DNA of 64,000 nt, taken from contig JBDRRP010000025.1 of NCBI GenBank assembly GCA_043825735.1, positions 1 through 64,000 of the forward strand, read 5' to 3'. The DNA is from Pseudomonadota bacterium. Its GTDB lineage: Bacteria > Desulfobacterota > Desulfobacteria > Desulfobacterales > JBDRRP01. Below the pieces are notes generated by a model. That model was not told where the DNA came from. It did no database searches and saw nothing but the letters and a program-made list of their open reading frames with translations. A program made the position numbers and the translations under genes. Below, in pieces: positions 19,755 through 28,224 of the stretch. Positions within the stretch are counted from its first letter, which is position 1. Each line of letters starts with the position of its first letter.

Positions 19755-22700
19755 TGCCGCGACGAACTACCCGGGAAATTCAGTATGTCCGGCTGCCGGA
19801 AAACCGGATTCGTGAAATCGAGGAACTGGTATCCTCCTGGCCCTATGAGACAAAATCCTTCATGCGGGCCCGGCTCAACCAGTACCGACCCAAGTCTGAC
19901 AAAATCAACATGGTCCTGGAGACCCTCCTTTCCCTCTTCATGGCATCTCCTGAAAAGCGCTTCGACACGCTGAAGGACCCTGACATCCTCACTGACTGGC
20001 AGCGGCGGTTTGAAATCTCCGGACAGACCAATCCCCAGGACGCCTGGAATAAAATTCTGGAAAAAGAGCTCTCGGGCCGGGACTACATTTATCTCTTATC
20101 TCTGCTTAACAAAGATCTCTCAGACATCCATGTGCCGGTGGAAATCCATGAGCTCTTCGACAAAATCTACCGAGCCCACATCCGAAAGGAGTACATCAGC
20201 GACCCGGAGGTACCCAAGGCGCCCCTGCTTCTGGTGACCGGTCCCAGCGGCAGCGGCAAGACCGCCACCACCACCGAAGCCGTTGAAAAGGTGATCTTCG
20301 ACAACGACGTTCTGCCGGAGATCGATCTCATCCAGAAAAAAGAGGCCCTGATGGCCGGGGAACCCTTCTGGAAGACCCTGGAAGAGGTCGCCCCGGATCT
20401 GGCCATGGAGATCGAGCGGCGCAAGCGGCTGAAGTTTTATAAGCAGCTGTCTCGGATTCCCCTGATCAAGTCGATCTTCAAGAAGGCCATCGGCCACAAC
20501 CTCTCCTTTCTGGAAGAACAGGGGCTATCGGTAGATTACGCCATGGTAACCCCCAACGACTATCAGACGGCCCTGGCCGGTGAGCCAGGAAACTATTTCA
20601 AAAAAGCCCTGGGGGACCCCCGGAAAACGAGTATCCGCCACATCGAAGAGGCCCACAGCGCCTTCGGCAGGGCTTCGGGCACCCAGTCCGGCGTGGAGCG
20701 CCAGCAGCGGACTCTCATCGATACGTCCAACATCATCATCGATGAGATCACCAGCGGTCGCCGTGACTGCCTGCTCATCGCCACGACCGATCAGCCCGAG
20801 CGCTTCGACGCCACCATTTACCGCCGGTTCGTGGAAAAGGGCAAGATCATCGATATCAGCGAGTACTGGCGAAATCCCGCCAACCTGCGGGAAGTGGTGC
20901 GCCTTGAGCTCATGCGAAGCGACATCCGCATGGCATCGGAGGCCTCCACGGTCTGCCACGGTACGGTCCGGTGCATCGATGACCATGCCATCAACGACTC
21001 GGTCCAGAAACTCTTTACCATTTTTGACGAGCGCAGCCTGAAACTGATTCCCTCCTATGTCAGAAAACTGATCCACTCCATCATCCAGATCCAGGGCGAT
21101 TACAGACCAGAGTACCTCGACGACGCCCTGTTGGTGCGCAACGCCTTCGAACTGGTGGCCAAGAACTCCTACGGCGATCTCTTCAAGAAAGTGGTCAACC
21201 GAATGGACCGTCATGTGCGCTGGGAGGAGTATGTCGGACAGATCAAGGACATGTTCTCGGAGATGGCCAACAACTGTCTATACTACGGCGTCAGTGAAGA
21301 AAAAGGCGTGGTCCTCAACGGACCTCCCGGCGGGGGAAAGACTTTTCTGGTGCGCTCCTGGCTCAGTGAAAACAGCGATATCCACGATATCTCCACCAGT
21401 CCCAGCGCGCTTCAGGACCCGGTCAACCCCATTGAGGGCGCCGTGGAAAACCTGGAAAAAGTCTACGACATCGCCAAAATGATCGCGCCCACAGTGGTTT
21501 TCTTCGATGAAGGCGACAGCCTGGCGCCGCGCCGGAGCCAAAGCGGCGGCAGCCCGTCCGATAAGCTCACCAACAAGTTTCTTAACCTGATCGACGGTGA
21601 AATCCCGCTGAACCGTGTGTTCACGGTCCTGACCACCAACCGGCTCGATATCCTCGACCCGGCGCTGATCCGCTCCAAGCGCCTCAAGGTCATGGAGATC
21701 TCGGGTCATATGGGCCGCGGCGATATTATAACGATCGTGAAAAATGCCCTGACAGACGTTCCCTTGGCCAAGGGCCTCGACGAGCCCAGCATCGTAGAGA
21801 CAGCCAAGGCGCTTTGCAATACACCGGCTGACTACGCCGCCTTCGTGGAAAAGGCGCGCGGTCTGCGCAGCACGGAGTTCGAAGTGTTGACCCGGTTTCG
21901 AACCCTGTCAGAAGGATCTGCGGACATCCAGGAGAAATTCATCAAGTTCAACTTCAAAACCCTGATGGGCATTCTCGACGCGCTCGACGCCCCCCAGGCC
22001 CTGCGGGCCGATGTCAAGTCGGCGCCCATTAGCCTGCTCACACGCCGGGAGGAGGTTTTGGCGCTGCTGACCCACATCAGGGAAATGGACGACTATCCGT
22101 TGCGCATGTCCCACCTGGAATCTGCTACTCAGGAAATTTCCGGCAGCCCGGTCAAAAAGGGCAAGGTGCAGCTCGATAAGTACCTGGAGGCCGAGCTCAG
22201 CCAGGAACCCCAGGTGGGATTTATCATCGGTGTCGGGGCCAACGACGTTTCCGGCGTGCTGCTGCCCATTGCCACCAGCCTCACCTACAGTCTTGGCACC
22301 GAAAAAGTGCTGGTCACCGGCGCGGTGTCTTCATCGGCGCCGGCGGCGGCGGAGCTGGAAATGGCCGTCAAGATGACCCAGCAGTCGGCTCAGGAAGCCT
22401 TCACCATGGTGAAGAACTACCTGCAGGAACTCTATCCCAAAGTCAGTATCCCAAAGCTTTTGGGCGAGTTTCTGAGCCAGTACACGATCCATCACCAACT
22501 GCTCTCCGCATCTTACAACGTGGGCGGTCCATCAGCCGGATACGCCCTGGCCATCAACACCCTGTCCGCCATGCTGCATCTGCCCGTCTACAACGATTTT
22601 GGCATTACCGGCGCCCCGTGGACCAAAGGCGTGAAAACCGGTGAAGTGGGCGGATCGGTGATCATCGGGGGTCATAAGAAAAAAACGGAAAAAGTCCTCA

Positions 22701-23173
22701 TGCACCTGCGCCGCATGTATATGCCGCTGCAGAACTATAAGGACCTTGAGATGGAATTTCTCGTGAATTACTGGGAGCAGGACAAAGATATCCTCGGGGT
22801 CACGCATTTCGGTGACCTGGTCCCCGAAGTTTACTGGCTGGGTGCCGCCGCCGATACCGATCTGCTGGACCTGATCCACATGCGCCTGGAATACAAGGTG
22901 AATAAATACCGCGGTCGTGCAGCGGATCCCAAGATCAAGGATGCCATTTTAGAAAAAAAGACCCGACTCAAGAGCCTTGCTGAAAAAGAAATCCGAAGTC
23001 GCCTGACCGACATCCATCTCTATCTGCGTAACCCGATCAGGGACCCGCACATTTCCCTCGAAGAGATTTTCAGAATGGGCGGGAAAAAACGCGCCCATAT
23101 CATTGTGCCCGTCATGAGCCGGATCAAAAACGGACTGCGCAGTCTGCGCCTGCCACGTCGCTCCGACGAATAA
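19754..23173 (+). CDS. Tandem AAA+ ATPase fused to a Lon-type (S16-like) protease domain
   Basis: GPSGSGKT (aa163), GPPGGGKT (aa523), FFDEGD (D585), TTNRLDILDPALIRSKR, GGPSAG (S927), GITG, IIGGHKKK (K977); TGATG overlap with the SPFH gene. Confidence 0.85.
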   Translation: MPRRTTREIQYVRLPENRIREIEELVSSWPYETKSFMRARLNQYRPKSDKINMVLETLLSLFMASPEKRFDTLKDPDILTDWQRRFEISGQTNPQDAWNKILEKELSGRDYIYLLSLLNKDLSDIHVPVEIHELFDKIYRAHIRKEYISDPEVPKAPLLLVTGPSGSGKTATTTEAVEKVIFDNDVLPEIDLIQKKEALMAGEPFWKTLEEVAPDLAMEIERRKRLKFYKQLSRIPLIKSIFKKAIGHNLSFLEEQGLSVDYAMVTPNDYQTALAGEPGNYFKKALGDPRKTSIRHIEEAHSAFGRASGTQSGVERQQRTLIDTSNIIIDEITSGRRDCLLIATTDQPERFDATIYRRFVEKGKIIDISEYWRNPANLREVVRLELMRSDIRMASEASTVCHGTVRCIDDHAINDSVQKLFTIFDERSLKLIPSYVRKLIHSIIQIQGDYRPEYLDDALLVRNAFELVAKNSYGDLFKKVVNRMDRHVRWEEYVGQIKDMFSEMANNCLYYGVSEEKGVVLNGPPGGGKTFLVRSWLSENSDIHDISTSPSALQDPVNPIEGAVENLEKVYDIAKMIAPTVVFFDEGDSLAPRRSQSGGSPSDKLTNKFLNLIDGEIPLNRVFTVLTTNRLDILDPALIRSKRLKVMEISGHMGRGDIITIVKNALTDVPLAKGLDEPSIVETAKALCNTPADYAAFVEKARGLRSTEFEVLTRFRTLSEGSADIQEKFIKFNFKTLMGILDALDAPQALRADVKSAPISLLTRREEVLALLTHIREMDDYPLRMSHLESATQEISGSPVKKGKVQLDKYLEAELSQEPQVGFIIGVGANDVSGVLLPIATSLTYSLGTEKVLVTGAVSSSAPAAAELEMAVKMTQQSAQEAFTMVKNYLQELYPKVSIPKLLGEFLSQYTIHHQLLSASYNVGGPSAGYALAINTLSAMLHLPVYNDFGITGAPWTKGVKTGEVGGSVIIGGHKKKTEKVLMHLRRMYMPLQNYKDLEMEFLVNYWEQDKDILGVTHFGDLVPEVYWLGAAADTDLLDLIHMRLEYKVNKYRGRAADPKIKDAILEKKTRLKSLAEKEIRSRLTDIHLYLRNPIRDPHISLEEIFRMGGKKRAHIIVPVMSRIKNGLRSLRLPRRSDE

Positions 23174-23198
23174 CTGCAACAGCAACCGCAAAGGCGAC

Positions 23199-23436
23199 TT
23201 CACCGCAGAGACGCAGAGACAAGCGGGTTTGGGCGCTGGCGCGCAAACGGCAGGGGCGGATTCACCGCAGAGGCGCAGAGAACGCAGAGAAAAGCGGGTT
23301 GCGGGCGCTTCGCGCGGAAAAACGAACAACGGATTTTCTACCAGCAAGATTGCGTGAATATGCGTAAGTCTGAGTGGGTTGGGCCACGTATTGATGAAAC
23401 GCCGTTCTCTGCGGTCTCTGCGAACTCTGCGGTGAA
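23199..23436. repeat. Palindromic element with (CGCAGAGNN)n arms between convergent genes
   Basis: TTCACCGCAGAG...CTCTGCGGTGAA with duplicated left arm; related half-modules at 31141-31200 and 57570-57635. Confidence 0.75.
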
Positions 23437-23444
23437 TACGGTTT

Positions 23445-24629
23445 TTAAAGGACCGGCTTGCCATCGATGAGCAGCAGCTTGATGTGCTTCAGGCTGCCGG
23501 GCAGGGCCTCCGGAGGTCCCGGGACCACCACCAGACAGGCGCGTTTTCCCGGCGCCAGCACCCCCAACCCCGTCAATCCCATGAGTTCGGCCGCCGCGCC
23601 CGTGGCTGCCCGAATCACTGCCGACAATGGTACCCCGGCCTGAAGAAAAAGGGCTATTTCTTCCAAGATCGCCGCGCCGTGAGAAACCCCGACGCCGCCG
23701 GCGTCCGTTCCCACCACCAGTCGCGCGCCGGCGCGATGGGCCGTTGCGATCTGCGCCAACTGATGATCCACGCTGCGTGCGGCGATATCTTTTTCGGCGC
23801 CCAGCGCACGACTGGCGTGGACGGCCATTGGAACCACCGTGGGCACCCAGTGGATCTGGGCATCGGCCAGTAGGCCAATGATGTCTGTTCCCATGAAATA
23901 ACCGTGCTCAATGCTGTGGGCTCCGGAGGCGACGGCATCGCCCACGGCCTGCCGACCATTGGCGTGCACCATGGCGCGGACGCCGCGCCGCCCCGCTGCG
24001 GCAACTGCGGCAGCCAGATCCGCCCTGGAGAACTGGGGGGGCGTCTGGCGGCCGAATACCGCCAGGCTGTTAATCCCCGAGTTGATGATCTTGAGATGGT
24101 CTCCGAGAGTGGTTTCCCGAGTCACCGCGTCTGCCAGCGAAAGACCGTCAGCCGGCGGCCGCCCAACGAAACGGCCATAGCGGCCCCTGGCATGCCACCC
24201 CGCACCGGCGGCGTGCAGACAAAACGCGTTGTTTTCATCCGGCAGGCACTCGCGTCGAAACCGGAGGCCGCAACCGGCTGCATCCCCGGCATCCCGCGCG
24301 GCAACGATCCCGTGGGCCGTCATCCGCCGAATGCGTCGGCGCATGCCCTCTTCGGCCGTATCATAGGGTTCGCTCAGCTGGCGCTGGCGTGCTTCGGGAT
24401 CGTTTGTCGGCGACATGCACAGATGCAGGTGAGCGTCAATGAGTCCCGGCATCAGCGTATCGGATGGATATTGCCAGTTTCCGCCGGCCGGGCGGTTTTC
24501 GGAAGCGATCGTGTCGATACGGGCGATCCATCGCCCGCGGAGCGTCAATCGAACGGATCGCCTGACCGGCGCACCCGTGCCGTCGACCATCCAACCGGCG
24601 TCCAGGATCTGGTCCTGTCCATCGTTCAT
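23445..24629 (-). CDS. Amidohydrolase family metalloenzyme
   Basis: PGLIDAHLH, VHAN, SIEHG, GTDAG. Confidence 0.9.
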   Translation of the reverse strand: MNDGQDQILDAGWMVDGTGAPVRRSVRLTLRGRWIARIDTIASENRPAGGNWQYPSDTLMPGLIDAHLHLCMSPTNDPEARQRQLSEPYDTAEEGMRRRIRRMTAHGIVAARDAGDAAGCGLRFRRECLPDENNAFCLHAAGAGWHARGRYGRFVGRPPADGLSLADAVTRETTLGDHLKIINSGINSLAVFGRQTPPQFSRADLAAAVAAAGRRGVRAMVHANGRQAVGDAVASGAHSIEHGYFMGTDIIGLLADAQIHWVPTVVPMAVHASRALGAEKDIAARSVDHQLAQIATAHRAGARLVVGTDAGGVGVSHGAAILEEIALFLQAGVPLSAVIRAATGAAAELMGLTGLGVLAPGKRACLVVVPGPPEALPGSLKHIKLLLIDGKPVL

Positions 24630-25504
24630 AAGGCGCTCTTTTTCATCGGCAAGGGTGCATCGATGAGCCGGTCATCCAAAAACTGCCGGATGGCGGGCGC
24701 GTATCCGGGCGTGACACTTGAATCACTGTGCCCGGCCCCTGGTGCGATATAAAACGCCACTTGCTCTGTGGAAAATGCGGCGACCAGCTCGCGGGCAAAG
24801 GCCACTGGAAACCGGCTATCGGCTTCGCCGTGAATCACCATCACCGGCATGCGCACGGCCGGCGCCAGCCGCGCCGGACTGTAGGCGGCCATGGCGCCCC
24901 GATACACTGCGTTCATCAACCACAGAATCATCGGTCCGAACAATCGGCCAAAGGCCGGGTTGATCCACGTGTACAGGCTCAGAAGCGCCGCCCGGGTGTG
25001 GGCATAAACGCCCTCCAGAAAAAGCAGTCGGATCCGGTCGGGATGACGGCTGGCGGCGATGATGGCGCCGCCGGATCCCGCTGAGTGGCCGTAAAGGATC
25101 ACCGGCTCACCGATCCAGTCCAGAACCGATTCGATATCTTCAGCAAACCGCAGGGCGTTCATGAACCACCGGCGGTCCGATCCGCCGTGGTCCCTAGCAC
25201 TGAAAAGCACCGTAGTAAAACCCCACCGTCCGAACAGCCGGGCCCGATTCACCATCCTGCCCCGGTTGCGTCCCCATCCATGGACCAGGACCACGACGCC
25301 CCGGCTGGGGCCGTCAGGAAATACGCGCCAGAGCTCCAGCCGCTTGCCGTCCACGGCTCGAATACCGGTATCCTCCACGCGACCCCAATCCGGCCTGTCA
25401 TCCACGGGTCGTCGCGGCACCTGCTGCACCACAACCACCAGGGCGGCGCAAATGGCCAGATAGAGAGCGAGCAGTCCGATAGCGATGGCCAAGATAAACA
25501 TCAT
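24626..25504 (-). CDS. Membrane-anchored alpha/beta hydrolase
   Basis: N-terminal TM segment, VHGWG, GHSAG, HGEAD, GAGH. Confidence 0.88.
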   Translation of the reverse strand: MMFILAIAIGLLALYLAICAALVVVVQQVPRRPVDDRPDWGRVEDTGIRAVDGKRLELWRVFPDGPSRGVVVLVHGWGRNRGRMVNRARLFGRWGFTTVLFSARDHGGSDRRWFMNALRFAEDIESVLDWIGEPVILYGHSAGSGGAIIAASRHPDRIRLLFLEGVYAHTRAALLSLYTWINPAFGRLFGPMILWLMNAVYRGAMAAYSPARLAPAVRMPVMVIHGEADSRFPVAFARELVAAFSTEQVAFYIAPGAGHSDSSVTPGYAPAIRQFLDDRLIDAPLPMKKSAL

Positions 25505-25506
25505 CG

Positions 25507-26736
25507 TCACAACACCCACCAAGGCACTGCAACCAGGTCTTTTGAAAGCTTCAAGGGTTTGTCCACCGCGCAGACAATCAAACCCGATCCGATTGTTTCC
25601 CCTGGAAAACATTCTCTAAAAGCACCGATCCCTCTGCCATCGTTTCGTGTTGGGTTGCTTTTTGCTTTGATTTCTACCGGATATAGGATGCCATCGCGCT
25701 CTAGTATCAGGTCGACTTCGGCCCCGCCGTAACTTCTGAAGTGATACACCGTGGGCGGTGTTGGCCAGGCCTGAATGCTTTTGATGATCTCCATTACAAC
25801 CCAGGTTTCAAACAAGGAACCAAGCAAAGGATGACTACCAATGGCTCCGGAGGAACTGATTTTTTGCAACTGACAGATAAAACCGGTATCCGCGAAATAC
25901 CCTTTGGCACGCCCGGCGATCCGTTTAACCGGGTTTCTTGTAAAAGCCGGCACAGAACACCAGAGGAAGGTCGACTGCACGGTTTCAAGCCAATACTGGG
26001 CTGTTTTTCGATCGACGCCGAGTTCGCGACCAAGGTGGGCGTGGTTGATTTCCTGTGCACTCAACGCAGCGAGTAGTCCAATAAACCGGCCAAAGGTCTG
26101 CAGTGAACCGATATTGGCGACGCTGCGAACATCTCTTTCTATATAGGTCTGGAGATAGCTCTGCCAAAAACCACTGATCAGATGTTCGGGGAGATCCATG
26201 GCGCCGGGGTAACCGCCGCGCCAGATCACTGGATAAAGCAACGCAGGGGTATCTTCTGCTGGGCTGTCAGCTACGGTTTCCCCGGCAATCCACTTCTCCA
26301 GAAAGTCTCCCGGCGCTTGGCAGGCCATCTCCCTGCGCGACATGGGTTGCAGTTGTAAAACAGCAACCCTGCCGGCCAGGGATTCGGCAATATCGCGCAT
26401 CACTGCCAGATGCTGAGAACCACTGAGGATGTAAAGTCCTTTTCGCTTTAACTGGTCCACGCGCCGCTTAATTGGTCCAAGAAGTTCCGGCGCGTATTGG
26501 ATCTCATCCAAGAAAACGGGTGGCGGGTGATTTTGCAGAAAAAACGTTGGATCCCGCCGCGCATTCTCGACATCCACCACTGGATCAAAAACAACGGTCT
26601 CTACCTTATGACCGAAAAGATTTTCGACCAGTGTGGATTTGCCTACCTGCCGTGCCCCGATAATCGCGACAACAGGGTAGTATTGAAACAGTTCTGTTAC
26701 CTTTTGTTCAATCAATCTTGGTCGATACGTGTTCAC
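25507..26736 (-). CDS. AAA_14-type ATPase with C-terminal DUF4143-like region
   Basis: GARQVGKST, FLDEIQ, LSGS, ESLAGR, RGGYP, YFADTG, EVDLIL...PVEIK; GTG start assumed. Confidence 0.88.
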   Translation of the reverse strand: MNTYRPRLIEQKVTELFQYYPVVAIIGARQVGKSTLVENLFGHKVETVVFDPVVDVENARRDPTFFLQNHPPPVFLDEIQYAPELLGPIKRRVDQLKRKGLYILSGSQHLAVMRDIAESLAGRVAVLQLQPMSRREMACQAPGDFLEKWIAGETVADSPAEDTPALLYPVIWRGGYPGAMDLPEHLISGFWQSYLQTYIERDVRSVANIGSLQTFGRFIGLLAALSAQEINHAHLGRELGVDRKTAQYWLETVQSTFLWCSVPAFTRNPVKRIAGRAKGYFADTGFICQLQKISSSGAIGSHPLLGSLFETWVVMEIIKSIQAWPTPPTVYHFRSYGGAEVDLILERDGILYPVEIKAKSNPTRNDGRGIGAFRECFPGETIGSGLIVCAVDKPLKLSKDLVAVPWWVL

Positions 26737-26776
26737 ATCTAAGTAGCCTCGTGCTGGCAATCGTATTCCTCACATA

Positions 26777-26821
26777 GTTTTCTATATTTATGGGAGTTTT
26801 ATTCCCCATAATACAGAAAAC
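26777..26821. promoter_or_regulatory. AT-rich imperfect inverted repeat upstream of the AAA_14 gene (possible operator)
   Basis: GTTTTCTATATTTATGGG ... CCCATAATACAGAAAAC. Confidence 0.4.
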
Positions 26822-26931
26822 ATATGATTTCGCAAGGAACTTATTAATATCCGAAAGTCCGAAACCGAAAGATAAGTGAGCTGCCGTTGAATTGAAACGC
26901 CAAAAATGGCATCGGCCGTCTGTTAGCGCTG

Positions 26932-27894
26932 TTACCCGCGAAATTGACTTCCCAGTACTGCCATCACCCTGGCATGATAAGCTTCAGACGCCGCCACGAT
27001 ACCACGGTTCTTAAGAAGCTGGCGCCCGCAGGTAAAATCCAGGGCCCTGCCGCCAGCATCGCTCACGACCCCGCCGGCGGTCTCCACCATGAGCGCTCCC
27101 GCGGCGTGATCCCAGATCTTTTCCCGGTAGTCCGGGCTTGCCGGAGCCGGCAGTCGCAGGTAGATGTCGCCGCGTCCCAGGCCGAGCATGGCGTATTTCA
27201 CCTGGCTGTCCACGCGAAGGATCTTTCCTTGATCACCAAAATGACTAAACACCCGTTCCTGGAGAGCGTGATTGGAGTGCCCCGATTCGACACTTTCAAG
27301 AAACCGCACCGGTGTATCATTGCCGGCATCCGCTATCTTCAGAGGGCCTAACGGGGCTCCGTCAAATCCGGCCGCAATCCCCCCTGCCCCGCGCTCGGCG
27401 GTGAGCACCACCCCGGGGGCGCCGCCTTTGGTGCCGTCAAGGTTGGGGCAGCCAAGCCAGCCCATGACCACCCGGCCGTTTTCGATGAGGGCCAGGGCCT
27501 GGGCGTACTGACCGCCTCTTAAAAACCCCTTGGTGCCGTCAATGGGGTCGAGCGTAAAAAACCGCGTCCCCGGGGACCGGCTCCCGCGATCGATGGCCGC
27601 CAGGATTTCCGTCTCGGACCAGTCGGGTAAAAACCGCCTCAGGCGGCGGCGCATATATTCCTGAGACGGCAACCGCAGATTTTCGGTCCCCTCTTCGGCG
27701 ACCACCGGAATGTCCGGGCAGACACTGGAAAGGGTGCGGCAGATGACGGCCTGGGCCGCATAATCGGCCACCGTCACCGGGCTGCGGTCCTTTTTTTCGA
27801 CGGTGTCGGCACTCACCATTTCCGACTGAACCCGCCGGCAGACGTTTCCCGCCGCGATGACGGAATCGGTAATCGCTGAAATATCGATATCCAT
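26932..27894 (-). CDS. 3'(2'),5'-bisphosphate nucleotidase (HAL2/SAL1-like, inositol monophosphatase superfamily)
   Basis: SPVTVADY, AEE, LDPIDGTKGFLRG.QYA, LGCPN, DSQVKY, EKIWDHAAG. Confidence 0.88.
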   Translation of the reverse strand: MDIDISAITDSVIAAGNVCRRVQSEMVSADTVEKKDRSPVTVADYAAQAVICRTLSSVCPDIPVVAEEGTENLRLPSQEYMRRRLRRFLPDWSETEILAAIDRGSRSPGTRFFTLDPIDGTKGFLRGGQYAQALALIENGRVVMGWLGCPNLDGTKGGAPGVVLTAERGAGGIAAGFDGAPLGPLKIADAGNDTPVRFLESVESGHSNHALQERVFSHFGDQGKILRVDSQVKYAMLGLGRGDIYLRLPAPASPDYREKIWDHAAGALMVETAGGVVSDAGGRALDFTCGRQLLKNRGIVAASEAYHARVMAVLGSQFRG

Positions 27895-27910
27895 TCAAGG
27901 CTTCATAGTT

Positions 27911-28041
27911 GACAAACTCTTAAAAAAGCAATTTTCTCGCAAAGACGCCAAGCACGCAAAGAAATAAATAATTAATATCAGTGCGTTAACTTTGCGATCT
28001 TTGCGGCTTTGCGAGAGATTCAGACTTTTTACAAGTTTATC
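27911..28041. mobile_element. MITE-like element, family A (CGCAAAG palindromic cargo)
   Basis: Terminal inverted repeats; ATAGTT duplicated at 27905-27910 and 28042-28047; homologous to 42514-42644. Confidence 0.75.
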
Positions 28042-28224
28042 ATAGTTGATGGCATATAGATGATAGGAGCACCAAGATTAACCACGAAGACCCCGAAGGG
28101 GATCTTGTTGTTTTCTAGTTCTCAGCGTCTTTGCGCCTCTGCGCGAGAACTGGGTTTCAGGTTCTCTACGTGATCTTCGTGTAAAATGGAACGACCGTTT
28201 CGGAGCCACCGCACAATGCGGCCG

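Noticed and set aside
19754..23173. AAA-protease as BREX BrxL, LonA, LonB or FtsH
   Set aside because: It has two classical-type AAA modules, no Lon N-domain, no clear TM segment, no FtsH-type zinc protease domain and no neighbouring brx/pgl genes.
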